From Octopus vulgaris (lineage: Eukaryota): a stretch of DNA of 64,000 bases. Made by a program: the position numbers and the translations under genes. Positions 11,700-23,769 of this stretch are shown here, piece after piece. Location of the stretch: contig OX597822.1 of NCBI GenBank assembly GCA_951406725.2, positions 38,440,001 through 38,504,000 of the forward strand, in the 5' to 3' direction. Below the pieces are notes generated by a model. That model made no database searches, was not told the origin of the DNA, and worked only from the letters and a program-made list of their open reading frames with translations. The stretch's first letter is position 1. Each line of letters opens with the position of its first letter.

Positions 11700-13400
11700 G
11701 AACAACAAGATATTAGGGTTCTATCTTCTCTGCCACATACTAAAACCTTCGTCTATGCTAAGTTTATTTTGGGACTGCTTGATTCTAGGCTTAGCTTCCA
11801 AAACTGGAGTTTTTTCTCTAATTCTTTTACAGATTCAGCTATGAGAACTAGATCGTCAATGAATAAGAGCTCCCATGTAAAATTCTTCTATTATGGCTTG
11901 TAGGACTATAATGAATAAGTGGGGACAGTGGATCGAACCTAAATGAACTCTTACTTACACATTAAATTTATCGCTGAAATGGTTATTGGCTCTCACTTTA
12001 CTTAATGCATCTTTGTACAAGGCTTCTACAACCCTCCTAAGCCAATCATCAACACCTTGTTTCCTTGGTGACCACCAGATGTAACTGGTACCTAGACAAA
12101 TGCCTTCTTCAGGTCAATGAAGGCCAAGAATAATGGCTCACTCTTAGTCAAGTATTTTTCCTGCAATTGCTTTATTAGGAAGATTGTATCCCTGGTACCT
12201 CTTCCAGGCACAAAATCACAGATGTTTTCCTTTAAGGTGTTTCCTTTGCCTTTGTAGCAGTTTACAATGATACTGCTATATCAGTCATTGGGTATGACTT
12301 ATTCTTATAACTTAGCTATCCTGGAGTTAATAATATATCCTATCTCACCAAATATTTTGAGTACATTTGCAACTGTCCCTGATGGACTCACTGCTTTTCC
12401 TCTATCCATGTCTTTAATCAGTGTATCTACAATGCTGCTTTCAACATGAATGACTGGTGCTGAAGGGTCAGCACAAGGTAGCCCCTTGTGCTATACACAT
12501 TCAATAACCTCTCATAATAATACTTCCATACCATTTTCTTGTCTTCCATCTCAATAGTAAGGATGCCTTCATCATTCCAAAGACACCTCTCACCAATGAC
12601 ATCTTGGTTCTCTCTAACACATTACCTGGCAATTCTGAATACTTCATACCTCTGATTCTCACATTGCAAGACAGGTGAAAATTTCTCCCATTAGCCAATT
12701 ATCAAATCACCTAGCTGCTTACTGTCTTCTCAACCATGTCCACCACCATATTAAATTAGCTTGTCTGATCTGTAGATCTAAGCAGGTTATTTCACAGAAA
12801 TTCCCATTGGCGTAGGAGTGGCTGTGTGGTAAGTAGCTTGTTTACCAACCACATGGTTCCGTGTTCAGTCCCACTGCATGGCACCTTGGGCAAGTGTCTT
12901 CTACTATAGCCTTGGGCCGACCAAAGCCTTGTGAGTGGACTTGGTAAACGGAAACTGAAAGAAGCCCATTGTATATATGTATGTGTATAAGTTTGTGTGT
13001 CTGTGTTTGTCCCCCCAACATCACTTGACAACCGATGCTGGTGTGTTTAAGTGCCCGTAACATAGCGGTTTGGCAAAAGAGACCGATAGAATAAGTACTA
13101 GGCTTACAAAGAATAAGTCCTGGGGTCGATTTGCTCAACTAAAGATGGTGCTCCAGCATGGCCACAGTCAAATGACTGAAACCAGTAAAAGAGAGTAAAG
13201 TTGTTATCTACACATCAAGTATCTAAATATTTCTCTCTACAGTGAAATGTGTCAATCTATTCCCAATTGTAAGGTCTTTTCCAATTCCATATCATTCTTC
13301 TCCATGTCATCTTTCATTTATACATCTTCCTAGCTCTGACTTTGAAGTCACTAGCCATCAATCTATATTGTATAGTGCATTCTCCACCAGGTATGGTTTG
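11700..13400 (-). mobile_element. Degenerate RTE-clade LINE (endonuclease end to RT), interrupted by SINE-A
   Basis: Minus frames: IPGGECTIQYRLMASDF; VWKYYYERLLNV; IIVNCYKGKG; FVPGRGTRDTIFLIKQLQEKY...LFLAFIDLKKAF. Confidence 0.85.
12809..13200 (+). mobile_element. SINE family A, full length, inside the RTE relic
   Basis: Same head and tail as 632-1038. Confidence 0.9.
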
Positions 13401-13559
13401 AGTTTTTACAGTAACCCTTCTGCCCTGCTCCTTGGTGAGAATGTAATTTATCTGACTTGTGTGTTTGCCAGATTGGTAAGTGGTGAAATGTGGTTGGCTA
13501 GTTTCCTAAAGTCTGTGTTGCAAATTGGTAAATCAGTTGCATCAGAGAACTCCAGGACC

Positions 13560-14351
13560 CTTGCACCCATCTTTGAAAAATAAAGGGAAGAAAGAGAAAC
13601 CAGGGCAGTTGAAAATATGAAAACAAAACCTAAGGCCTTCTACAAATTTGCAAAAGAATATGCCTCGGTGCACAACAAGATAGGGCCACTCACTGTTTGA
13701 AGAAAACAGTCCAGTGACTGCAGACTCCACAAGGGTAAGTGTACTACTAAATAAACAATTCCAAATTGTTTTTACCTCCAAACTTGGAAATATACAAATA
13801 AGCAAGCTTGGTGAGTTTTTCAACACAGCAGATCCACACAGGGAAGAGGAAATCATCAATTATATTGACATTGATGAGATGAGTCTGAACTCAGCCATGG
13901 GCCCTGACAGTTTTCCAGTGAAGGTTTCAAATATCCTGTTCACAAAGGAGGAGTGAGAGCAGATGATAAAAATTACAGGCTTCTCTCTCTGACTTCACAA
14001 GTTAAAGCTGTGGAATGTAGTGTCAGAAGGAAGCTGATAATGTTCCTAGAAAATAACTTGTTCATTAACACACACAACATGGCTTCTGGCCAGGAGGGAG
14101 CTGCCTCATACAACTACAACAGCATTATGACTGGTTACTGAAACAACAGGTCAACTGTTCAAATGTGAGTGTGATATACCTTCACTGTGCCAAGACTTTT
14201 GACAAAGTTGGTCATGACATTATTTTCATTATTTACATTTGACGGATACTTGTCTTCATCTTGTTTGTTGTTAAAATGTTTCAGCTGACATATCCTCCAG
14301 ACTTCGTCAGGTGTCTTGGGGAAATTTTGAACCTGGGTTCTCATTCCTAAG

Positions 14352-14383
<32 letters not shown>

Positions 14384-14900
14384 TAGGTCACTGCTTGGAA
14401 TTGAACTCGGAATCTTGGGGTTAGTAGCACACACTCTTAACCACTACGACATATGCCCATGGGCATACGGTGTAGTGACCTGAATAATAATAATAATAAT
14501 GATAATAATAATAATAATGATAATAATAATAATAACATTGAAAAATACCTTAGGAAAGGGAACCTAGGTTCGAAATTTCCTCAAGACACCTGATAAAAGC
14601 TGGAGGGTATATCAGCCGAAATGTTAACAACAAACAAGATTAGGACAAATATCAGTGAAATTTAAATAATATAAATAATGTACATAATTCCTCATCTCTT
14701 AAATATAGAACTGTATTGGTCATGAGATGATGTGTCACAAAGGATGTAACTTTGGCATTGTTGGTAAGAGGCAGACAGCTGCAGTCAATGGGGCCCTCTC
14801 TGAGGAGGCATCGATACTAAACAGTGTCCCTCAGGGAATTATACTGGAAACCACTACTGTTTATAGTGGCTCTCTCAAACATGCCCTCAATCATACAGTC
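13560..14900 (+). mobile_element. Degenerate CR1-clade LINE RT fragment, split by the fold-back element
   Basis: PKAFYKFAK; LLNKQFQIVFT; AMGPDSFP; NYRLLSLTS; QHGF...SCLIQL; VIYL...KTFDKVGH; resumes after 14725 with RQTAAVNG...SVPQGIIL. Confidence 0.85.
14218..14715. mobile_element. Fold-back tRNA-headed, hammerhead-containing (Penelope-like) non-autonomous element, copy 1
   Basis: Two inverted arms meet at atatgcccatgggcata (about 14451-14467). Minus arm has A/B-box tRNA-like head plus (AAT)n; both arms carry degenerate CTGANGA...GAAA cores. Flanked by 10-bp direct repeat ttggtcatga (14208-14217, 14716-14725) that splits a CR1 RT relic. Confidence 0.8.
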
Positions 14901-15956
14901 ACCCACTCAAAGTAACTCAAAACTACAGAAAGACCCAAGTACATGAATGAGCTGGAGAAAACAATATGCACGTCAATGCTGTGTGTGTGTGTGTGTGTGT
15001 GTTCAGAGGGTATGTAATTGGCTGCATGAATATATTTGTCTATGCATGAAGAAGTCCCATTTCATCACTAAATAAGGGCTGACCAACACACCAGCAGAAT
15101 ACTGGGGATGAATGGATCACTTCACTTCACTACCACCAGCCAGAGACTGTTCCACTCAGTAGCTACATAGAAGTGACCACACTCAATGACTAAACTGGGA
15201 TAGTTCCTCACACACATGCATAATAGTGGGAGAAACCTACTCTAATATTAGAAAAGAGTAATCCACAATGCTCCATCTATAAACTGCCCTACTCTGTAAT
15301 TAGATAGGGGCAATTTCACTGCTGGGGAAGACTCACATTACATAACCAAACAGAGGTTATTTGTCATGTATATAAGACATGAATATAAAACAGTTGTACT
15401 AAGTTTGTACCAAATTACTTGTTGAGCAAGGCCACTGCCTAAAATGAGACTATGATTTTGTGCTCACTCACCCCTCCTCATCTCTCTGTCTGTTGGTATT
15501 TAATACTTCTTGTTAATTAGTAAATGAATTTCAAGTTCTGCTACTCTGTCACGCTGCCAGAGGTTACACTGTGTGGAACTTTATTCAGTAGGTTGTACAA
15601 TGAGATGCAGGTCATCGTTATCATTCATTATTATCATTTGATGTGTGTTTTCCATGCTGGCATGGGTTGGCAGATTTGACTGGAGCTGGCAAGGCGAGGA
15701 GCCACACCTAAGTCTTCAGAGAATAAACGTTTTCTTAGAACATCTAATCTCAAACTCTAGCATTATTTCATAAAAAGCTACAGTAGACAGTAGGAGAATG
15801 AGGACAGAGCCCAGGTGACCCCCTACCAGGAAACTAAATCCCTATATGAAATTTCTGCTAATCACAGCAGCTCTCATGAAATAGATATTTACATTTAACT
15901 TCCTCCTTACTCACCAGAAATATTGGTCTCTGTTAATATAATCTTCTCTCTCCCCC

Positions 15957-15995
<39 letters not shown>

Positions 15996-16269
15996 ACGCA
16001 AATGTTTTTCAAAATCCTTCATAGATTCTGCAGACTGCTAATATGAAACACAAAGTAAACTGTAGAGACATTTTTGGCCACAATAAACATCTTTCTCTAC
16101 ACTTTGTCCTTAATTCTTTATAGGATTTGCACACACACACACACATATATGTGCATCCGAGGATGTGGACATGATCTGCACCTACAAAACTTGACTGCAC
16201 TGAGAGCTATTTCCTTTCAACTGATCACTTGCGTGTGTGTGTGTGTGTGTGAAATATATATCATAGTTC

Positions 16270-16617
16270 AGATAAAGGGTAAAAAAAGACCTCCTTCAGT
16301 CATAAGATTGCATCTAGAAAGTTCCCCTCCGTGGTGCAAGTCAAGGCAAGGTTGTTTATGGAAGACCAGCAGACGCCCATGCATACCAGCCTCCCCTCTT
16401 CATGTCACCAATGTTATCCATGTTGGAGGCAAAGGAGCTGATACAGCTTGGCACCAATGATATTGCAACTCATTTCTACAGCTGGGTGAACTGGAGCAAC
16501 ATGAAATGAAGTGTCTTGCTCAAGAACACAACACAACACAACACACAGTGCGGCCTGGGAATCGAACTCACTATCTCATGATTGTGAGCCCAAAGCTCTA
16601 ACCACTGAGCCATGTGC
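16270..16617 (-). mobile_element. SINE with family B head and core but a different 3' half
   Basis: Minus tggctcagtggttagagc...gagttcgattcc...ttcttgagcaagacactt, then unrelated tail. Confidence 0.8.
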
Positions 16618-16664
16618 ACACTAAAAAATATATAGTTCAGATATAGACACTGTGATGTGTTAAT

Positions 16665-17049
16665 GCAGGAGTGGCTGTGTGGTAAGTAGCTTGCTTACCA
16701 ACCACATGGTTCCGGGTTCAGTACCACTGCGTGGCACCTTGGGCAAGTGTCTTCTCAGGCTGACCAAAGCCTTGTGAGTGGATTTGGTAGATGGAAACTC
16801 AAAGAAGCCTGTCGTATATATGTAAATATATATGTGTGTGTGTGTGTCTGTGTTTGTTCCCCTAGCATTGCTTGACAACCGATGCTGGTGTGCTTATGTC
16901 CCCATCACTTAGTGGTTCAGCAAAAGAGACTGATAGAATAAGTACTGGGCTTACAAAGAATAAGTCCCAGAGTCGATTTTCTCGACTAAAGGCTGTGATC
17001 CAGCATGGCCACAGTCAAATGACTGAAACAGGTAAAAAGAGTAAAGAGT
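16665..17049 (+). mobile_element. SINE family A
   Basis: Same head and tail as 632-1038. Confidence 0.9.
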
Positions 17050-17749
17050 ATATAGAAAGTATAGCCAGCACTGCTTTTTGGTGTTTAGTTTCTGTAGAAT
17101 ATCTGTAGAAATAACCTTAGCAAGTAATGTAAAAATGCACTGCTAACACAGTAGAACACGGTAGTGACTTATAAAAACGTTTAGTATATTTTATAGTATA
17201 CAATGGTTGCATGACAAAATATCACATACCTACAAGTCATTAACATGGTGAAATATATCATTTGATATACATACATAAAAATACTTACCGCTTCAGTATA
17301 AATAAGTAAAATAGTGAAAACAATATCTATATACACAAAATTGCTATATAAACATATATGTATACACACATACACACACCAGTAGACAACATATAGACAA
17401 TAATAAAAAAACAATATAAATACATAACACACAACAATACATTAATAAGATTAATAATATTGTCCATACCACATAACACTAGAGGTGTACTCAGTGAGGG
17501 CTAACACAGGGTTAAACAACACAACAATACATAATATATCAGGAAACACTGGTGATCATTGCAGTAGAAATTTGTTGAATTAAACTATTTTTCGCATAAA
17601 CTTATTACTGCTCTCCACTCCCACCCTGGTTGCTCGTGGATAAATAATTAAAATTCTCTTCATGTCACACTAACATTAGACACTTGGGGAACAAAATTTT
17701 ACTAATATATACATCATACTGCTATATGCTACTATGTGCATGTGTGCAT

Positions 17750-17760
17750 AATTTATGTAT

Positions 17761-17793
<33 letters not shown>

Positions 17794-17968
17794 CATGATA
17801 CATATGTGTTTGTGAATGTATGTATATACATATATGCATATACATACACATTCATGTCTATACCTATCTCTCTGTACATACACACACACACAAATATACA
17901 TGCATATGCATATATATATATATATATATAATGTATATATGTATGTATATATATGTATATACACATAT

Positions 17969-18012
<44 letters not shown>

Positions 18013-18236
18013 GTGTGTATATATATATATACTCACATATATGTGGACACATGATACATACATACATACATAAATAACACAATACACACACACACACAAC
18101 AACAAAATAATAGATTAAACTGTATAATTATGCAGCACTGATAATTACAAATGTCAAAACAACAGAGCATGCAACATGCATGTATATGTGTGCGGGTGTG
18201 TATATTTATATACATTTATATATACGTGTGTGCGTG

Positions 18237-18265
<29 letters not shown>
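17750..18265. repeat. Compound (CA)/(TA)/(TATG) microsatellite field
   Basis: Directly visible. Confidence 0.9.
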
Positions 18266-18269
<4 letters not shown>

Positions 18270-18416
18270 GAACCCATACCTACATACGTGAAAGATGAAA
18301 AATTAAAAACAAAAGCAAAATACAAAAAATATATAGAATTTTTTAAAAATCAGAGATTCAGAGTGAATTAAACAGCAGCAGATTTGCAGCATGCAAGGGT
18401 GGGGCAACGTGCAGTC

Positions 18417-18455
<39 letters not shown>

Positions 18456-18499
18456 AAAGAAAGAGAGAGCATGCACAGTTTAATATGTTAGCAACTCAC

Positions 18500-18571
18500 A
18501 GGTGAAACTTGACCATTCCGATAGAGTTCATCTTGAACTGTGCATAAACGGGCCAAAACTCTTGCATGGGC
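18500..18571 (-). CDS. Probable upstream coding exon of the same MRL gene
   Basis: Minus strand: ctgttgttttgtag|GCCCAT...TCACCT|gtgagt, 72 nt, open in phase 0 (AHARVLARLCTVQDELYRNGQVSP), which joins in frame to the 8219-8296 exon (...QVSP|EEQKARL...). No homology recognised; a second frame is also open. Confidence 0.65.
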
Positions 18572-18949
18572 CTACAAAACAACAGGGTTATCAGCATCAT
18601 AGCTACAGCGACACATACGCCCCATGTCTTAGAGAGAGACATATTATACATAGGGCTATAGCACCATACACAGCGTCATATCACAGAGACATACAGACAT
18701 ACATACATACAGCTGCAGTATCACACACACATTGCATCACTTACATATATATATATATATATATAAAGGCGGTGCTCCAGCATGACCCCCAGCCACTGGC
18801 TAAAACCAGTAAAAGAATAAAAGAATATACATACTGCTACAGAATCACACACACACACACACATACACACACACACACATGCACACACACGCATGCACAC
18901 ACACACACACACACACACACACGCAACATTTCATTTCATATTGTATTTC

Positions 18950-19290
18950 ATTTAAAACAATTAGATTTGGCTCCATGCAACTTAAAGTTTTGCAGGCCTC
19001 AAACAGAAGCTTGTCTCTCTCAAGCTTAGATTTCTGAACAGAGAAACACAGGAAGTCTAAGACAGCTACCAGAAAACAGGCTGCTATTGGTCAAGGCAGG
19101 TAGTGATCTTGAACTTCATGTGTTTCTCCATTTGGAAATTTAAGCCTAAAAGAGACAGGCTTTTGTCAGAGGCCTGCAGAACTTGGAACCAAATCAAACT
19201 GTTTTAAACGATAATAATATACTGTGCATATAAAATGAGGCCCGTGAAACTTGATGTCACTTGGAACCAAATCAAGCTGTTTTAAATAAT
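18950..19290. repeat. Fold-back element with about 100-bp imperfect inverted arms
   Basis: tttaaaacaattagatttggctcca...gcaggcctc...gagaaacacaggaagt versus acttcatgtgtttctc...gaggcctgc...tggaaccaaatcaaactgttttaaa; right terminus repeated at about 19236-19287. Confidence 0.65.
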
Positions 19291-20171
19291 ACATGTAACT
19301 CCTAGTAAATGTGTTAAGTACTTTTTTCTCTTTCGTTTGTCCACGTGTTTCTAGTCTCATAAGTCTGAGAAAGATGGTTCTGCAATTTCTTGTTGAATAA
19401 ACCTACACATTAGCTCACTCCTTTCATCAAATCAACATTGCCTGTACGGTGTGCCACATGGCAGATGTTGAAGTAATCATATTATATACACACAGGTTCA
19501 TCATCATACATACTTGAGCATATCACACAAATAATTTACATACTTGTACAGCATTATACACGCAACAAGGTTTAAGCATGTATACACACACACACACACA
19601 CACACACATACATAAGTCCTTATACACATTAGAACATGCAGTTCTACTACAAAGTGTTTAAAGAATAGTCTGGAAAAAGTAGTTTTTTCAGGCAAAGAAA
19701 GAGACTACTTAATATGTGATCTGAAAGTTCAGAATGTAAGTGGAACAGTAAAAATATACAAGACTTTCTTAAATGCAACATGTAACTCTATGCAGTTGTT
19801 GTTATCTAAATTTCAGCCATAGAATTTTGTTTCTTTGTTAGCAACCAGCTTCTTACTTATGCAAAGATGAAATATTTTAAATAATTATAAAAAAAAAAAC
19901 ATACATATATATATACATATACAGGAAAGGGTATAGAATCACATGAACCACATCACATAGAAATACACATGTATATATGTGGATATAGCATCATACATTC
20001 CTTGTCATAGACAGACAGACACATACAGTTACATTATTGAACACCACATCACGCATCATAGGTACACTGTAACATATCACACAGAAATACATACAAAGCT
20101 AATCAACACACACAGACATGCATATCACACGTGCATCTGTCACATCATAAATACACACATTTCAAACTTGT

Positions 20172-20232
<61 letters not shown>

Positions 20233-21938
20233 CTAACATATGGATATGATATATATACATATATACACACACCACATCTCATATTACAAATACACACAAA
20301 CACATCACACACACGCACATACACACAGAAACCTTATAGATACAAAACACATGTACATACACATACTTACAGACTAAAGTAGTGAAGAGGGTGGGGGAGG
20401 GTCATGGAGAGATGGGGAGAGAGAGAGAGAGAGAGAGGAAGGGAAGGAGGTGATACAAGAATTTCAATGATTATCATTAGTGTCAGGATGATGTCACAAG
20501 CACCCACCTAGATCCGCCACTTCTTACCAGCACACAGGCGCTGGTACATTCATTACCTTAAAAATACTACCTAATCATAAGAAATTGAAGTCAAATTGTT
20601 AATTAAGGTAATCAGAGAGAGAGAGAGAGAGGGAGAGAGGTGAGGAAAGGAGAGAAAGAGAGAAAACTAACATAAAAGAACACTAGAACTGACAGGTAAT
20701 TAGCAATAACAACAACAATAATTTAGACAAACAATAAAACAAAAAGAAGAGAAGGAAATGAAAAGAGAAGAATTCAAGAATGGTTACATTTGGATAAATC
20801 TTCCTTAGACAACTGAAATCTCTTTTGAGTAGAGATGAAGGAACAGAGAGAGTATGTGTGTGTGAGAGAGAGAGAGAGAGAGAGGGGGTGAGAGAAGGTG
20901 TACATGTGTGTGTGTGTCTACAAATATAAAATTTTATATCTGTTTTTCTATGTTTGTGTCTGTCTGGTGTTACTGTATCTTGACATGGATTGAGTGTATT
21001 TCATTACACGACTGGCATATGTATAAATAAATAAATAAATGAATTTATACAAGCAGGAGAGATAAGGACAAACACAGGTTTATATTATAGTTCCTACACA
21101 TGTTTTGAACACTACAATAGCTGTAGATCCACTTGTGTTTAGATTATCAGGTAACACTTTATTGTATTAAGTTACAAAGAACACCTATTATATATACATA
21201 CATACATGCCAAAACAGACACAGTAGCCTGTCCAACCGTCCAATCCATGATATCATAGAAGGTGGACGTTAAATGATGATGACGATGACACACATGTACA
21301 CACACACACATGTATACGCACATGTACACACACACACATGTATACACACACATGTACACACACACATATGCACACACACACACACACACACATTCCATTC
21401 GCTCATTCACTCATTTTGCATTTATTTTTCCATGCAAGTGTGGATTAGAGAAATACATATTAATGGGGCAGCGTTTACAATGGGGTGCTCTTCCTGTCAC
21501 TAACTCTTCCTGCTTTCCAGTTTCATTCTACATTTCTTTGTAGCCAAATGCTTTTTCATACAAACAACAGACTGTAAACATTCAAACATGCATGCACATA
21601 TGCATGTACATGTGTGGGTAACAGATAAATCATTCTCCTGGATAAGATGACAGTCTACCACAAGTAACATTTCCCTTTGATCTGATGATACCCATTCCTG
21701 ACAGTTAAGCCCCTGAAATGTGGTGACAATGTAAAATATAGTTTTCTATCTCTAAACAACAGAATTAATGATGAGAATTACATTTCACCTGGATAGGACA
21801 TCAGTCTATCACAAGTAACATTCTTATTGATGATCTGGTGGGACTTATTCCTCTCTTTACAACCAGGTGAATTGAGCTTGTTGATCAGGAACAGAAAGGA
21901 ATTCCTACAGCAGATTCGAACAGATGTCCTATCAATAT

Positions 21939-22347
21939 TCTCTTTTACTCTTTTACTTGTTTCAAGTCATGTGACTGTGGCTATGCTGGAGCACTGCCTT
22001 TAGTTGAGCAAATCGCCCCCAGGACTTATTCTTTGTAAGCCTAGTACTTATTCTATCAGTCTCTTTTGCTGAACCATTAAGTTACAGGGACGTAAACACA
22101 CCAGCATCGGTTGTCAAGTGATGTTGGGGGGGACAAACACAAACACACAAACATATACACATACACACACATATATATATACATATATACGGCAGGCTTC
22201 TTTCAGTTTCCATCTACCAAATCCATTCACAAGGCTTTGGTCGACCTGAGGCTATAGTAGAAGACACTTGCCCAAGGTGCCATGCAGTGGGACTGAACCC
22301 GGAACCATGTGGTTGGTAAGCAAGCTACTTACCACACAGCCACTCCA
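21939..22347 (-). mobile_element. SINE family A, full length
   Basis: Reverse complement of 632-1038. Confidence 0.9.
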
Positions 22348-22465
22348 GTACCTATTTGTCTTTCATCCTTTCAGGATCGATAAATTAAGTACCAGTTGCA
22401 TACTGCTGTCAATCTAATTAACTGGCCCCTTGCCCAAAAAATAAAATGAAACTCTTCCATTAGTC

Positions 22466-22816
22466 CAGTGGTTTTCAATCATTTTTGTTACTTCTGGATC
22501 CATTTCATTCCTATTTTACTATTTGGGACCCTCATAGTCATTTGATATTCAAAAAACATCCTATTATATTTTTGTAATTAAATATTCTTTTCTACTCTTG
22601 ACACAAGGCCTCAAATTTTGAGGGAAGGGGCCAGTCAATTAGATCGACTCCAGTATGCAACTGGTACTTAATTTATCGATCCCGAAAGGATGAATGGTAA
22701 AGTTGACCTCGGCAGAATTTGAACTCAAAACATAAAGACAAACGAAATACCGCTAAGCATTTCACCCACCGTGCTAATGTTTGGGAGGACAAACACAGGC
22801 ACACAAACATATACAT

Positions 22817-22850
<34 letters not shown>

Positions 22851-23078
22851 TCACCATCATCGTTTAAGTGTATATATATATACACACACAACAGGATTCT
22901 TTCAGTTTCTGTCTACCAAATCTACTCACAAGGCCACGCAATAGGACTGAACCTAGAATCATATGGTTGGGAAGTAAGCTTCTTACCACACAGTCATTGC
23001 ATATAAATTTTGACAACAAAATGCTACATGCCCCCCCCCCCCCCAAGGGTCATATGGGTCTCCAGTTGAGGACAACTG
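22466..23078. mobile_element. hAT-type MITE with nested SINE-C and SINE-A fragments
   Basis: cagtggttttcaa ... ttgaggacaactg termini; 8-bp flanks cattagtc / cattagaa. Confidence 0.7.
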
Positions 23079-23769
23079 CATTAGAACAGACTATTCTATT
23101 AGATTTCTCTTAGACAATCGAACATTATTATAAGGTTATTATTTATAATTACATTCAATAAAAAAAAGATAATGATGACACTGCCCCTCCCCCCACCATT
23201 ACCATGATTGACAGTAGCGATCTACCCCAGCCCATCATTGCTAATGATACCTTTTATCCACCCCAATAAAGATAAAAGCATCTTCTTTTTTCTATCTAAG
23301 CATTATCAATAATCACCTCTGACCTCACCACCCAGTAATGTGTGATGCTCCCCCCACCATATCCTAATATTGACAGTATCTCTTTCCACCTCCATCATTT
23401 CATAAAAAAAGAAAATAATTAGAACTAAAAGAGCTATGACGGTTAGAATATTTTATAATGAGGTGTGATGAAATTTGGCACAAAATGGCAGGGCGTTTGT
23501 TCTATGTCATCACGAGGGTGTCCTATGATGTCATCAGAATGTTGTATGTCATCATCAGGATGTTCCATAATGTTATCATAACAATAATAATCGCCTTCCT
23601 TGTTACTGTTTTGCCACCTGTTTTTCCATGGTGACATGGTGTGGATTCTTCATCTGCCGTTAGTCTTCATGTTGTTTAGCCCTAGGTCAGTCCTGATCCA
23701 GTACATCCATGATCAAAAGCACTCCAGCCATGAGAATTTTGCCTATTATTCAGACATAATGTACCTAAA

